From positions 5,055-69,054 of the forward strand of contig JALHFY010000002.1 of assembly GCA_022837635.1 (NCBI GenBank): a stretch of 64,000 bases of DNA, in the 5' to 3' direction. The notes under the pieces are model-generated. The model was not told the DNA's origin and did no database searches. It saw only the letters and a program-made list of their open reading frames with translations. The DNA is from Candidatus Shapirobacteria bacterium. GTDB lineage: Bacteria > Patescibacteriota > Microgenomatia > UBA12405. Positions 18,798 to 29,830 of this stretch are shown here, piece by piece (position 1 is the first letter of the stretch; each line of letters opens with the position of its first letter). A program made the position numbers and the translations under genes.

Positions 18798-20348
18798 TTA
18801 TTTTACACTGTTTGGAGTGGAAGCGCCTTTAGCAGTGGTTTTATACTCTAGACGCTTACCTAAAAGAAGACGAGTATGAGAATGAAGTCCAGGTAAGACC
18901 GAAAGAGCTAAGGTAGCTACCGGCATAAGAGGCCATTGAAGCATGTTTTTGAGAAAATTCCAAACACCTTTTTGCTGATATTTAGGTCTAAGTTTCCAAT
19001 CAAGGACAATTAAAACAAATAAAGGAATCAGGCAGAGAGTAAGGATAAGGTTGGAAATTCTGGGTAAATTATAGCCTAGAGCAGTATTGAAAAATTTAGG
19101 ATTTAAGATAACTGGGAGAGAAGTTCCTAGAGTGAGAATGAACCAATTACTGGACCAGATAAAGTGAGTTTCAATCAACTTGTAAACGCGAAGAAGACGA
19201 CTTAATAAAGGAATTTCGGGATGAAGACGGGATTGTTCGATGGCATAGGGAATGTCAGTGGCGCCCCAAGCATGACGAAGGCACTGATCATAGCGATTTT
19301 TAAGAGCGGCGAAATAATTTTTACCATCGGGAGCATCAACTATGGTCGGCAAAAAAATCGGTGAAACTGAGGTGCGACCACCACTACTGAAAAAGGTTTG
19401 TAAAAAAATATGCCAATCTTCAGGGATCATGTCGGGGTCCCAATAACCAGCTGATTTGATTAATTTGTAAGAGGAGGAATAGCAAGAATAATTAAAAAAG
19501 AGGCCATCGGGTTCCTGAATATTGGCAATATGGATGGCATTACCCATAGTACCAATAATGCGGATAGGAGCGGGAACACTATTGATATTGTGATGCCAAA
19601 AAATAGGTGATTGCCAAAATTTAAGATAACGATCGGGACTAGAGGCAAAGTAATAAGTTAGAGCTGAGAAATACTTGGGATTGAAAATAGTATCGACATC
19701 GCAGGAAGTCAAAGTACAGTGTTCAATTCTTAAACGACGGGCAGCAGGAACTTTGGGGCCAAAAAAGTGTTTTTCAAAATAACGGGCAGCCCAAGCCTCG
19801 TTGGTGTGCTTACCAGCAATTTCTCCAGGGATGTTGGCGGGATGTTCAGTAAAGGTGAGAGAGCCAAAAGTATGGGCATATTTTTTTTCAAAATAGTCAA
19901 TGGTAGCTTGATTACTATCCCGACCAGCTCTTTCTTCTTGGGCTAAGACAACATGGATTTTTTTAAGATCAATGTCAACCTGAGCCGCTAACGAAGAAAA
20001 GGCCATTTCAATCACTTGAGGCGGTTCTTTGTAAGAAGAAATAATAATCACATGATTAATGTCCCGATATTTGAGCCAATCGGCACGAAAATCATCATTG
20101 AAACGAGATAACCAGTTGGTAGCGGTGGCAGATTTAATTTTGCGATAACCCATTAGAGCTAAGATAGCTGCCTTGAAAGATTGGAAGAGCCAAAAGACTA
20201 AAAAAGCAAAAACGAAATAAGCTACGGCCCGAGGAAAAATGAAGGAGCCCCAAATTGGAAAAAGAATTACAAACCAAGCAAAAAGCCCAGGAATCATTTC
20301 ATAAAAACGATAACGTTTACTGTTTTTGTTCATGAAGGTTGAAGTCAT
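18798..20348 (-). CDS. Membrane glycosyltransferase family 2
   Basis: YKE, GK..N, DVD, ED, Q..RHAWG. Confidence 0.8.
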   Translation of the reverse strand: MTSTFMNKNSKRYRFYEMIPGLFAWFVILFPIWGSFIFPRAVAYFVFAFLVFWLFQSFKAAILALMGYRKIKSATATNWLSRFNDDFRADWLKYRDINHVIIISSYKEPPQVIEMAFSSLAAQVDIDLKKIHVVLAQEERAGRDSNQATIDYFEKKYAHTFGSLTFTEHPANIPGEIAGKHTNEAWAARYFEKHFFGPKVPAARRLRIEHCTLTSCDVDTIFNPKYFSALTYYFASSPDRYLKFWQSPIFWHHNINSVPAPIRIIGTMGNAIHIANIQEPDGLFFNYSCYSSSYKLIKSAGYWDPDMIPEDWHIFLQTFFSSGGRTSVSPIFLPTIVDAPDGKNYFAALKNRYDQCLRHAWGATDIPYAIEQSRLHPEIPLLSRLLRVYKLIETHFIWSSNWFILTLGTSLPVILNPKFFNTALGYNLPRISNLILTLCLIPLFVLIVLDWKLRPKYQQKGVWNFLKNMLQWPLMPVATLALSVLPGLHSHTRLLLGKRLEYKTTAKGASTPNSVK

Positions 20349-20372
20349 TATATCAAGAAGGAGTTAAAATAG

Positions 20373-21152
20373 ATGAAAATGGGAGTGAAGGAGGCAATTA
20401 AGGAAACTAAAAAATACGCCCTTAGATACGGGCAGAAACTTAATAAACAACAAGTGTTTGAGAGATTGATTTCAACACAGATTTTTTCTAAAAAAGAGCT
20501 TTTGTCTCAACTTCAGGAAAAATCGGTAGAAAAGGAACTTGAAAGTAATTATTGGCAAGAAAAAGTTAAAAAAGCTCAAACTTTAACGCAAAAACACTTA
20601 TTAAAAATGAGGGGGATATTGATGGTGGGAGTTACGGGCAGTGTAGCGGCGGAATGGGTTAAAAAAAACAGTGATATTGATTTATTGATAGTGACTAAAA
20701 GCGACCAATTGTGGTGGTGGCGATTGTATTTACGGGTTTATATTTGGTGGCATCGAATCCCCCATCGTAGATTTGGTAAAAAAGAAAAGGCAAATGAATT
20801 CTGCTTTAATTTGTGGTTATCAGAAAATAATTTGAGGATACCAACTCATAAAGAAAACTTAAAAAATGCTAATGACTTGATTATGATGAAAGTGGTTCTA
20901 AATAAAGAAGATATTTATGAAAGATTTTTAAGAAAAAACGATTGGGTAAAGGGCTTTTTAGCTACCGGTTATAATTTTAAGATCAGAAATAATCCAATAA
21001 AATCACAGTTAGAGGAAAAAAGAAGTGCTTTTTGGGTTAAAATGATTAATCTGGTTTTATTTGTAGGCCAGTATATTTATATGTGTCTCAGGTCACGAAA
21101 ATTAGTTAAAAATGTAGACCTGACACAAGCATTTTTTCATGATGAAAATTAA
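20373..21152 (+). CDS. Nucleotidyltransferase-domain protein
   Basis: VTGSVA...SDIDLLIV. Confidence 0.75.
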   Translation: MKMGVKEAIKETKKYALRYGQKLNKQQVFERLISTQIFSKKELLSQLQEKSVEKELESNYWQEKVKKAQTLTQKHLLKMRGILMVGVTGSVAAEWVKKNSDIDLLIVTKSDQLWWWRLYLRVYIWWHRIPHRRFGKKEKANEFCFNLWLSENNLRIPTHKENLKNANDLIMMKVVLNKEDIYERFLRKNDWVKGFLATGYNFKIRNNPIKSQLEEKRSAFWVKMINLVLFVGQYIYMCLRSRKLVKNVDLTQAFFHDEN

Positions 21153-21651
21153 ATTGACCGGAAGTCTAGTTGTGGCTTTAGGATTAATTTTGGGGGTAGG
21201 AGTACTATTGGCGTCACTAACTAGAGCAACTATGGAGAAAGTCATTAATGATGAAAATTTAGGACAATTAAGGGTAGTGCCTGTAGTGGTTTATGGGCGA
21301 GAAATATATAAATTACCTCACGGAGGAAAATTACCTGGGGAGAGTTTTTATTTTTTGAAAAAAATTAGAAACTGGAGTTGGGAAAGATTTGCGAAAAGAG
21401 AAAAAACCAAAATTGAGTTAAATTTAATTCTGGCAGACAAAAAAATGTCAGAGGCTTGGGCGTTGTTCAAAAATGAACAAAGGCAAGAGGCAGTTACAGC
21501 TGGTGATGAAGCAGTTAATAAACTAAAATACGCTTACCAGTTGTTAATGGAATCAAAGGTAGATCAGGAAAGCCAAGAAATGCTTCAGGAAAAAATTGCA
21601 GAAAAAGAAAAAGTATATAAAGAAATTTTGGAAAGCTGGGAAAATCAATGA
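21139..21651 (+). CDS. Hypothetical membrane-anchored helical protein (DUF5667-like)
   Basis: Y.LP..G.LP...FYFLKKIR, LADKK..EA. Confidence 0.65.
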   Translation: MMKIKLTGSLVVALGLILGVGVLLASLTRATMEKVINDENLGQLRVVPVVVYGREIYKLPHGGKLPGESFYFLKKIRNWSWERFAKREKTKIELNLILADKKMSEAWALFKNEQRQEAVTAGDEAVNKLKYAYQLLMESKVDQESQEMLQEKIAEKEKVYKEILESWENQ

Positions 21652-23789
21652 AATTAAAGAACAAAAATAAAAAAAAGAAGAAGACGGGTATACCCTGGAA
21701 GATTATTTTAGGGATATTGGCGGTTGTGGCGATATTGGGGATAACAATTATTTTTCGAGATATGCCCAACCCTAAAAAATTAAGTTCTGGTGATTATCCG
21801 GAATCAAGTAAGATTTTGGATAGAAGCGGGGAATTGTTATATGAAATGTATGCGGAAAAAAATCGAACTACAGTGGCTCTGGCTGATATACCGGAAAAAT
21901 TAGTTCAGGCCACTTTAGCGATTGAAGATGCAAATTTTTACAAACATGTTGGCTTTGATGTCAAAGGAATTATTAGGGGATTATATCGGACAGTGTTTCA
22001 AAAAAGATTACAAGGTGGATCAACTTTAACTCAACAATTGGTAAAAAATGCTTTATTGACTCCGGAAAGAACTTTTAAGAGAAAAATAAAAGAAGCGATT
22101 TTAACAATAGCAACAGAAATTTTGTATAGTAAAAATCAAATCTTGGAAATGTATTTCAACCAAACTCCTTATGGTGGTACCATGTGGGGAGTAGAGGCAG
22201 CAGCTCAGGGTATTTTTGGAAAAGAAGTGAAAGACCTGGGTCTGGCTGAGGCAGCCTTGATTGCCGGATTACCAGCATCACCCACTAGATATTCCCCTTT
22301 TGCTCATCCTGATGCCGCTAAAGCCAGGCAGGAATTGGTGCTGAGTCGAATGTTAGAACTAAAATATATTTCTCAAGAAGAATACGATGGGGCAAAAGGA
22401 GAAGCTCTTAATTATATTTTGAATAAAAATGTGATTAAAGCACCTCATTTTGTCTTTTATGTTAAAGAACAATTGTTGGAAAAATACGGGATACAGGAAG
22501 TGCATGAAGGAGGACTAAAGGTCTGGACCAGCCTAGATTTAGATATCCAAAATTATGCTCAAGAGGAGGTAAAAGCAGAAATTGAGAGTTTGAAAAAAGC
22601 TAAAGTGAGCAATGGAGCGGCATTAGTAACTAATACTAAAACCGGAGAAATTTTGGCAATGGTGGGTTCAAGAGATTATTTTGATACGGAGATTGACGGG
22701 AAATATAATGTCACCACCGCTTTAAGACAACCAGGATCTTCAATTAAACCCTTAAATTATGCTGTGGGTCTGGATACCGGCAAGGTGACTGCAGCTTCAA
22801 TTTTTAATGATTCACCTAGTTGTTTTAAGGTTCCAGGGCAAAGGCCTTATTGTCCGACCAATTATGGTTATTCTTATTATGGTATTCAGAGTTTGAGAAA
22901 CTCTTTGGCTAATTCTTTAAACATTGCCGCAGTCAAGATGTTAAATCTTAATGGAGTGGAAAATTTTGTGGCTTCAGCTTCGGCTATGGGTATATCTACT
23001 TTCAAAAATGCTAGTGATTACGGTTTGTCATTGACCTTGGGAGGAGGAGAAGTTTACATGACAGATATGGCTACAGCTTTTGGGGTCTTTGCTAACATGG
23101 GAGTGAGACAAGATTTGGTCTCGATTCTAAAGGTTGAGGATAAAAACGGCAAGGTTTTAGAAGAATATAAATATGAGCCGGGCAAGAGAGTAATGCAACC
23201 GGAAACAGCTTATATCATTAACAGTATTTTGTCAGATAATGGGGCTAGATCGATGGTTTTTGGCAGTAATTCAAAATTAAGAATTAAGGATCATCCGGAA
23301 GTGGCAGTTAAAACTGGGACAACTAATGAAATGAGGGACAACTGGACTATAGGTTATACTCCAGATAAGTTGGTGGCAGTCTGGGTGGGTAATAATGACA
23401 ATAGTAAAATGGGCTCGGTGGTATCGGGAATTACTGGAGCGGCACCAATTTGGAATCGAATTATGACCAAAGTTTTAGAAAATGAAAAGGTTAAAAACTA
23501 TGCCAAGCCAGAGAATTTAATCAGTATGTCAGTTTGTAATTTAAGCGGTTTATTGCCGCCGGAAGAGGGTTGTGAAGCTCACAATGAATTTTTTAACAAA
23601 AACTTTTTACCTCAAAGAGGTGGACCAAGACAAAATGATTTAATGATAGATAAAAACACCGGTAAAATTATTAAAGAAGGTGAAGATAATCCTGATGGTG
23701 AATGGCAAAGTCATGTCAGTATTCAGGATGTTACCGGTGAGTGGGTTTGTTTAGATTGTCCAAAAAATGATGAAGAGGTGGTTAATTAA
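21648..23789 (+). CDS. Class A penicillin-binding protein (PBP1A family)
   Basis: EDANFYKHVG, GGSTLTQQL; SSIK, SLN, KTG. Confidence 0.95.
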   Translation: MKLKNKNKKKKKTGIPWKIILGILAVVAILGITIIFRDMPNPKKLSSGDYPESSKILDRSGELLYEMYAEKNRTTVALADIPEKLVQATLAIEDANFYKHVGFDVKGIIRGLYRTVFQKRLQGGSTLTQQLVKNALLTPERTFKRKIKEAILTIATEILYSKNQILEMYFNQTPYGGTMWGVEAAAQGIFGKEVKDLGLAEAALIAGLPASPTRYSPFAHPDAAKARQELVLSRMLELKYISQEEYDGAKGEALNYILNKNVIKAPHFVFYVKEQLLEKYGIQEVHEGGLKVWTSLDLDIQNYAQEEVKAEIESLKKAKVSNGAALVTNTKTGEILAMVGSRDYFDTEIDGKYNVTTALRQPGSSIKPLNYAVGLDTGKVTAASIFNDSPSCFKVPGQRPYCPTNYGYSYYGIQSLRNSLANSLNIAAVKMLNLNGVENFVASASAMGISTFKNASDYGLSLTLGGGEVYMTDMATAFGVFANMGVRQDLVSILKVEDKNGKVLEEYKYEPGKRVMQPETAYIINSILSDNGARSMVFGSNSKLRIKDHPEVAVKTGTTNEMRDNWTIGYTPDKLVAVWVGNNDNSKMGSVVSGITGAAPIWNRIMTKVLENEKVKNYAKPENLISMSVCNLSGLLPPEEGCEAHNEFFNKNFLPQRGGPRQNDLMIDKNTGKIIKEGEDNPDGEWQSHVSIQDVTGEWVCLDCPKNDEEVVN

Positions 23790-25797
23790 TTTTCTAATTA
23801 GTGTAGGCCGCCCCCCAGTTATCCTATTTAAGAAAATAAGCAAAATTAGAATCAGGTGGAAGTATCCAGCCTTAGTGATAATTATATTAACGGTGACGGT
23901 AGTTTTATGGTGCTTTTATGATCAGATAATTAAAGATTTGCCTAATATTAACGAGATTTATAATCCGCCAAAATTATCGACTCGGATTTACGATCGTCAA
24001 GGTGAATTGCTTTATAAGTTTCATGATGATGAAAATCGAATCTGGATACCATTTGAGCAAATACCTAAAAATTTAGTGGCAGCGACAATCGCGGTAGAAG
24101 ATAAAGAGTTTTATCAACATCATGGTTTTAGTCTTAGAGGAATTATTAAGGCAGCTATATATAATCTTAAAAACAATGGCGAGAAAAAATTGAGAGGTGG
24201 CTCAACTATTACCCAACAACTGGTAAAAAATGTGTTTTTAAGCAATGAAAAAAGTGTCAGTAGAAAGATAAAAGAAGGGCTGCTGTCAGTAATGCTGGAG
24301 ATAAAATTAAGTAAAGAAGAAATACTGGAGAGATATTTTAATCAAGTGCCTTATGGAGGCAATGTTTACGGAGTAGCGGAAGCGTCGTGGCGTTATTTTG
24401 GAAAAAGAGTAGAGGAAATTAATTTAGCTGAAGCAGCTTTTTTGGCAGGATTGCCGGCAGCACCGGGATCATACTCCCCTTTTACTGAAGAAGGATTGAG
24501 GTTGGCTAAAATTCGTCAAGAACATGTCTTGGATGAAATGGTTAATAATGCTTCCATTAGTCAAAAAGAGGCCGAGATTAGTAAAAAAGAAGTAATTAAA
24601 ATAAGCGAAGAAAAAAGAGATATAAAAGCGCCACACTTTGTCTTTTACGTCAAAAATTATTTGGAAAAATTAGGTTTTTCAGATGTTAATCGCAAGGGTC
24701 TAGAAGTTAAAACCAGTTTGGATTTGAAGACTCAACAAGAGTTGGAAAAAATAGTTAAAGAAGAGGTGGATAAAACTAAGAGACTGAGAATTAGTAATGG
24801 TGCTGGAGTGATTATTGACGTTAACAATGGAGATATTTTGGCACTAGTGGGCTCAAAAGATTATTTTGCCAAAGATATTGATGGGAAATTTGATTTAGTA
24901 ACTCAGGGATTAAGGCAGCCTGGATCGGCCATCAAACCTATAAATTATTTACTGGCATTGCAGCGAGGCAGAAATTTATGGGAGTTAATTGATGATAGTC
25001 CAGTCACCTATTACGTCCCCGGTCAAAAACCCTACAGTCCGCAAAATTACACCGGAAAATATTTGGGGAGAGTGACCTTAAGGACAGCTTTGGCCTCGTC
25101 TTTGAACGTCCCGTCGGTAAAATTATTGGATGAGAATGGAGTGGACAACATGATAAATTTAGCCAAAAGAATGGGTATAACTACCTGGGAGGAAAGATCG
25201 CGTTTTGGACTGTCTTTAGCTTTGGGAGCAGGGGAAGTTAAAATGATTGAATTGGCGCAAGCTTATAGCACTTTTGCCACTGTGGGGGAAAAAGTAAGGC
25301 TTAACCCAATATTGGAAGTGAAAAATTATTTAGGGGAAGTGGTTTATCAAAAAAAGATTGAGAAAGAAAGAGTTTTTAGAGAAAGAGAGGCTTTTTTGAT
25401 AAATGAGGCCTTGAGTGACAATCAAGCCAGGAGTCCTATTTTTGGAAATAATTCTCTTTTGAATATTAAAGATAAAAAAGTAGCGGTTAAAACTGGGACA
25501 ACTAATAATTTGAAAGATAATTGGTGTATTGGCTGGACACCGGAGGTATTAGTGGCAGCTTGGGTGGGCAATAATGACAGTAGTCCGATGAGTTGGGTAG
25601 CATCGGGAATCAGTGGGGCGACTCCGATTTGGAATCGAGCCATGAGAATGATGATTGATGAAAGAGAAAATAAGGTTTGGGAAGTACCAGAGGGTTTAGT
25701 TTTAAGGGAGGCTTGCGGAAAAAAGGAATGGCTGGATGAGGATAAAGAAACTCGGATCCATTGCCCAGGACCTCTCAGTCCGACTCCATCTGTTTAA
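23767..25797 (+). CDS. Class A penicillin-binding protein, tandem paralogue
   Basis: EDKEFYQHHG, GGSTITQQL; SAIK, SLN, KTG. Confidence 0.95.
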   Translation: MMKRWLINFLISVGRPPVILFKKISKIRIRWKYPALVIIILTVTVVLWCFYDQIIKDLPNINEIYNPPKLSTRIYDRQGELLYKFHDDENRIWIPFEQIPKNLVAATIAVEDKEFYQHHGFSLRGIIKAAIYNLKNNGEKKLRGGSTITQQLVKNVFLSNEKSVSRKIKEGLLSVMLEIKLSKEEILERYFNQVPYGGNVYGVAEASWRYFGKRVEEINLAEAAFLAGLPAAPGSYSPFTEEGLRLAKIRQEHVLDEMVNNASISQKEAEISKKEVIKISEEKRDIKAPHFVFYVKNYLEKLGFSDVNRKGLEVKTSLDLKTQQELEKIVKEEVDKTKRLRISNGAGVIIDVNNGDILALVGSKDYFAKDIDGKFDLVTQGLRQPGSAIKPINYLLALQRGRNLWELIDDSPVTYYVPGQKPYSPQNYTGKYLGRVTLRTALASSLNVPSVKLLDENGVDNMINLAKRMGITTWEERSRFGLSLALGAGEVKMIELAQAYSTFATVGEKVRLNPILEVKNYLGEVVYQKKIEKERVFREREAFLINEALSDNQARSPIFGNNSLLNIKDKKVAVKTGTTNNLKDNWCIGWTPEVLVAAWVGNNDSSPMSWVASGISGATPIWNRAMRMMIDERENKVWEVPEGLVLREACGKKEWLDEDKETRIHCPGPLSPTPSV

Positions 25798-26350
25798 TTA
25801 AATACCAATAAAGATCTTTGGCTAAACGTGAGTAATTTTGAATAGCTTCAGATTGTTGGTTAATATCGCCGGGAATTTGAGCGTAGAGACGAAAACTAAT
25901 CTTAGGAGTGGAAATATCGGAAAGAATTTGAGTGGAATCATCCTTAAAAATTTGTTTTTCAATCACCTTGACGCCTTGGGGTAGATCTTGTTTGGCTATA
26001 GCTTCGGTAACTGGGGTTTTGAATTGGGAAAAATCGGGACTTAGGGCCGGTGGAGAGGCAAAGGAATAAAGGGTGGAACCAACAGTGGAAACATGAATGG
26101 ACCAAGAGAGAGGAAAGTCGGGTGAAAAACTAGACGGAGCTTTGGAGAAATTAAGACTAAAAGAGGGTAGTTTTGGTAATTGAAAGTTAAAGTTTTTGGC
26201 TTGTCTATAAATTAGAAAAATTAGACTAATGCCGACAGTTAAAAAAAGAAAAAGAAGAGTGGCTTGACGTTTTTGTCGGCTTTTATCAGCTTCAGAAATA
26301 GTTTCGACTAAGTCAAGTTGTTCAGTTTTTTTGTCGGGTTTGGGCAGCAT
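25775..26350 (-). CDS. Hypothetical single-TM protein
   Basis: Start placed at ATG 26350 just after the pfkB stop; one TM. Confidence 0.6.
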   Translation of the reverse strand: MLPKPDKKTEQLDLVETISEADKSRQKRQATLLFLFLTVGISLIFLIYRQAKNFNFQLPKLPSFSLNFSKAPSSFSPDFPLSWSIHVSTVGSTLYSFASPPALSPDFSQFKTPVTEAIAKQDLPQGVKVIEKQIFKDDSTQILSDISTPKISFRLYAQIPGDINQQSEAIQNYSRLAKDLYWYLIKQMESD

Positions 26351-26351
26351 A

Positions 26352-27260
26352 TTATAGTTGAGAGCGGGTGAGGATGCCGGTTTTGGCACCCAGAGCCGAG
26401 ACAACAGAGGCAGAATTTTTAATGGCCCATGAGAGAGCCTCGGAGAGGGATTTTTGATAAAGAAGGGCAGCAAAGAAAGCCGAGCCAAAGGCGTCACCGG
26501 CACCGGTTTCATCAATCGCTGCAACATTGGCAATGGGTGAAAAAAGAGAATCCTCGGTGGTTAAAATTCGAGCACCTAAACGACCATTGGTAACTGCCAC
26601 TAAAGGAGAATATTGTCTAAGTTTGGGTAAAAAATTACTGTCACGGTGAGGTAAATTAGTCAGTATTTGAGCTTCGTGACGATTTAAGAGTAAAAAATCA
26701 AGATATTTTAGTAGAGGAATAAGCTGACGACGTTGTTTTAATTCCCGAGAGCCAGGATTAAAAGCAATTAACATATTGTTTTCTTTGGCAAAACCGATTA
26801 ACTCTTCAAGAAGAGAGAGATTGCCTTCCAAAGAGGTAATGTAGAGAGAACGACTTTTAAGTTTTGTCCAAGGAAGGTCACGACTTTCTAAATGACTGTC
26901 ACCTCTTTGAGTCATAATGGAACGGGAAGCGTCAGAGGCAACAAAAACGACTGAAAAATCAGTGTGTTCGTCAGAATTTTTTTTAACAAAATCAGCGTTA
27001 ATTTTTTCTTTTTTTAGATCGGTAAAAACATAATCAGCCAGAGGATCACGACCAACTTGAGCCACTACCGCAGTTTTGAGACCAAGCCGGGAAAAGGTAG
27101 TGGCCGCATTGGTAGCTCCCCCGCCGGAACAAATAAGACTGCGATTAATTTCATTTTTGCTGGATCTTTTTAAGGATAATAAACGCCGACTTTCTTGGAA
27201 AGAATCAGAACTGATAAAAATATCGGCGGTGGCAGCACCAATGGTAATGACATCAAACAT
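26352..27260 (-). CDS. PfkB family carbohydrate kinase
   Basis: GGGATNAA..SRLG, N..EA, DETGAGDAF. Confidence 0.92.
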   Translation of the reverse strand: MFDVITIGAATADIFISSDSFQESRRLLSLKRSSKNEINRSLICSGGGATNAATTFSRLGLKTAVVAQVGRDPLADYVFTDLKKEKINADFVKKNSDEHTDFSVVFVASDASRSIMTQRGDSHLESRDLPWTKLKSRSLYITSLEGNLSLLEELIGFAKENNMLIAFNPGSRELKQRRQLIPLLKYLDFLLLNRHEAQILTNLPHRDSNFLPKLRQYSPLVAVTNGRLGARILTTEDSLFSPIANVAAIDETGAGDAFGSAFFAALLYQKSLSEALSWAIKNSASVVSALGAKTGILTRSQL

Positions 27261-28092
27261 TTTGAGTAAAGGAAATTAATTTATCTTTAATAACTTGAGC
27301 CACTTCGGCCACGGCCGGAGTCAAATATTGATAAATTTTTTCAGTATTTTGAATGGTTAATTGATGACGCAAACTTTCAATAAATTTAAGTCGTAAATCG
27401 GTATTGATGTTAACCTTAACCACTCCCAAGGCTAGTGATTCTTGGATTTGAGTCAAGGGCACACCGGAACCGCCATGGAGGGTAAAAAAAGTCTTGTCTC
27501 CCACGGCACTATTGATTTCCGAGAGGAGACTGATATTTAGTCTCTCCGGGGCGAGAGTGTTGACACCGTGAAGATTGCCAATGGAAACGGCCAATAAGTC
27601 GGCGCCGGTTTTATTGACAAAGTCCAAAGCTTGGGCGGGTTTGGTAAAAGAATCGGGAGCGGGAGCATCGTCGACCAGATTAATGTGATTAAACTCTAAT
27701 TCAATCAGAGCTTGGGGATATTTTGATTTCATTTCTTTGACAAAAAAGGCTGAGGTGGATAAATTGGTGTCGTAATCCATTTTGGAACCGTCAAAGTGAA
27801 CCATATCAAAACCAAGACGGAGACATTCCTCTAGTCGACGAACATCAGCACCATGGTCCATATTGAGATAAATGGGCAAGCCTTCGAGATTGGCTTTTTT
27901 AACCAACATTAACAGTCTGTTGGCATCGACAAACTTATCTTCTCCAGGAGAGAGTTGGACTAAACAAGGCAGGTTGGTTTCGGCGACAGCCATTTCCACC
28001 GCCTGGTAGATTTCGAAAGAATCAATATTAAAAGCGGGTAGAGCCCAATGATGGGAGCGGTAGTTTTGGAATTGTTCTTTAAGATTGAGCAT
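27253..28092 (-). CDS. fba: Class II fructose-bisphosphate aldolase family
   Basis: PAFN, DHG, AVSIGNLHG, LHGGSG, KVNINT. Confidence 0.88.
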   Translation of the reverse strand: MLNLKEQFQNYRSHHWALPAFNIDSFEIYQAVEMAVAETNLPCLVQLSPGEDKFVDANRLLMLVKKANLEGLPIYLNMDHGADVRRLEECLRLGFDMVHFDGSKMDYDTNLSTSAFFVKEMKSKYPQALIELEFNHINLVDDAPAPDSFTKPAQALDFVNKTGADLLAVSIGNLHGVNTLAPERLNISLLSEINSAVGDKTFFTLHGGSGVPLTQIQESLALGVVKVNINTDLRLKFIESLRHQLTIQNTEKIYQYLTPAVAEVAQVIKDKLISFTQNV

Positions 28093-29029
28093 GAGTAGAT
28101 AATAACTTTTTTAAGGACTCTCTGATAGCCAAGGGAGAGAGGGCGTAATGATGATAGAGATCAAAATAATTATGAGCTGATTGACCAAAGGCATTGTCAA
28201 CTCCCAGGTGAATAAATTTACATTTTTGACCGGAAATTAGGATTAATTTAGCGACAGCTTCACCCAGACCACCATTTTGTTGATGGTCTTCGATAACTAA
28301 ACAACGGCCAGTTTTTTTGATGGAGGTGAGAATAGTTTTGTCATCCAAAGGTTTAATGGAAGAACAATTGATGATATCCAGAGAAAATTTATCAAAATCA
28401 GGTAGTAGAAGTTGAGTCAAAATGGGACCATAACCTAGAACGGTGATTTTATCCCCTCTTTTAAGAAAACGCGATTTGCCAATGGTAAAAGAACGAGCTG
28501 AGTTGATCAAGGGGGTGTCCGGACGGACTAGGCGGAGATAAGCAGGAGTTTGACTGTAAGCAATCACCGGCAACATAATTTTGAGTTCAGAGGCATCTAG
28601 AGGGGCAAAAACTTCCATATTGGGAAGGGTGCGCATCAAGGCTACGTCTTCAAGCATCTGATGGCTGGCACCCAAATCGGCACTCATGAGACCGGCGTGA
28701 GAGCCGACAATTTTGACAGGGTGACGGTTGTAACAAATAGACTGACGAATGGTGGCCCAGTTGATGGTCGGGGAAAAACAAGCAAAGGAAGTGAGAAAAA
28801 CAGTTTTGCCAGTGGCACTGAGACCGGCGGCAATGGCAGCAGCATTGTTTTCAGCCACCCCGACTTGGATAAATCTACTTCTAAATCTGGCCTTAAAATC
28901 GGTTAAATATAATGAAGGATAGAGGTCAGCGTCAACCACATAGAGATTAGGATTTTTGAGGGCCAGGGCAAAAAGAGTTTCACCAAAGGCTCGTCTCATG
29001 GAAGCTAATTTAGTATTTTTGGAGCTCAT
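28079..29029 (-). CDS. Transketolase C-terminal subunit
   Basis: GVAENN, GASHQ..ED, IKPLD, EDH..GGLG. Confidence 0.92.
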   Translation of the reverse strand: MSSKNTKLASMRRAFGETLFALALKNPNLYVVDADLYPSLYLTDFKARFRSRFIQVGVAENNAAAIAAGLSATGKTVFLTSFACFSPTINWATIRQSICYNRHPVKIVGSHAGLMSADLGASHQMLEDVALMRTLPNMEVFAPLDASELKIMLPVIAYSQTPAYLRLVRPDTPLINSARSFTIGKSRFLKRGDKITVLGYGPILTQLLLPDFDKFSLDIINCSSIKPLDDKTILTSIKKTGRCLVIEDHQQNGGLGEAVAKLILISGQKCKFIHLGVDNAFGQSAHNYFDLYHHYALSPLAIRESLKKLLSTHAQS

Positions 29030-29810
29030 TTTTGGCAGTAATAAATAAATCAGGAGCTAATTTTTTAATATCGTGATATTGATAATTGTTTTCCATAAAA
29101 GAAACACCTTTACCTAAAACAGTTTTAGCGATAATACAGGCGGGGTAAATAGAGGAGTCTTTGGATTTTTTAAGAACTCTTTCTAATTCATAAAAGTTAT
29201 GACCATCAACAGTGGTAACTGTCCAACCAAAACGGAGGTATTTGCCGGCCAGTTCTTCTAATGGCATAATTTCTTGGGTGGTACCACCAATTTGGCAACC
29301 ATTGTAATCAACGATACTGATGAGATTACCTAAATGAAACTTGTTGGCGGCCATAATGGCTTCCCAGACCTGACCTTCATTGTGTTCGCCATCAGAACTG
29401 AGACAAACTACATGACGTTTGGGGTCACCTAGGGCTAGACCAATAGAATAAGACAGGCCTTGGCCCAAGGAACCGGCTGAATAATTGACACCAGGGGTGT
29501 CAATGGTGGCGTGGCCTTGAAGTCGAGAATTAAATTGAGCAAAGGTAAAAAGCTCTTGTTTGTCAAAATAACCGGCATCAGCCAAAACGGCATAAAGAGA
29601 AGCACAGAGATGACCGGCAGAGAGAATAAAGTGGTCTTTTTTGAAATTGAATAATTTGGAGTTATAGAGAGAAATCAATATATCTAATGAGGAAAAGGCA
29701 CTACCGATATGACCAAAACCGGCATGATTAATCATCTCTAAAATATCCAAACGTAGAGATCGGGCTTTGGAATGAAGCGGATGGGTTTTCAGGGCAGAAA
29801 ACGGAGCCAT
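29010..29810 (-). CDS. Transketolase N-terminal subunit
   Basis: GHIG, FILSAGH, GSLGQG, SDGE.NEG. Confidence 0.92.
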   Translation of the reverse strand: MAPFSALKTHPLHSKARSLRLDILEMINHAGFGHIGSAFSSLDILISLYNSKLFNFKKDHFILSAGHLCASLYAVLADAGYFDKQELFTFAQFNSRLQGHATIDTPGVNYSAGSLGQGLSYSIGLALGDPKRHVVCLSSDGEHNEGQVWEAIMAANKFHLGNLISIVDYNGCQIGGTTQEIMPLEELAGKYLRFGWTVTTVDGHNFYELERVLKKSKDSSIYPACIIAKTVLGKGVSFMENNYQYHDIKKLAPDLFITAKNELQKY

Positions 29811-29830
29811 AATTAAGTATAGGCTAAAAT

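Noticed and set aside
26351-26533. Long upstream extension of ORF 25775..26533
   Set aside because: It is an alternative frame inside pfkB; ATG 26350 follows the pfkB stop.
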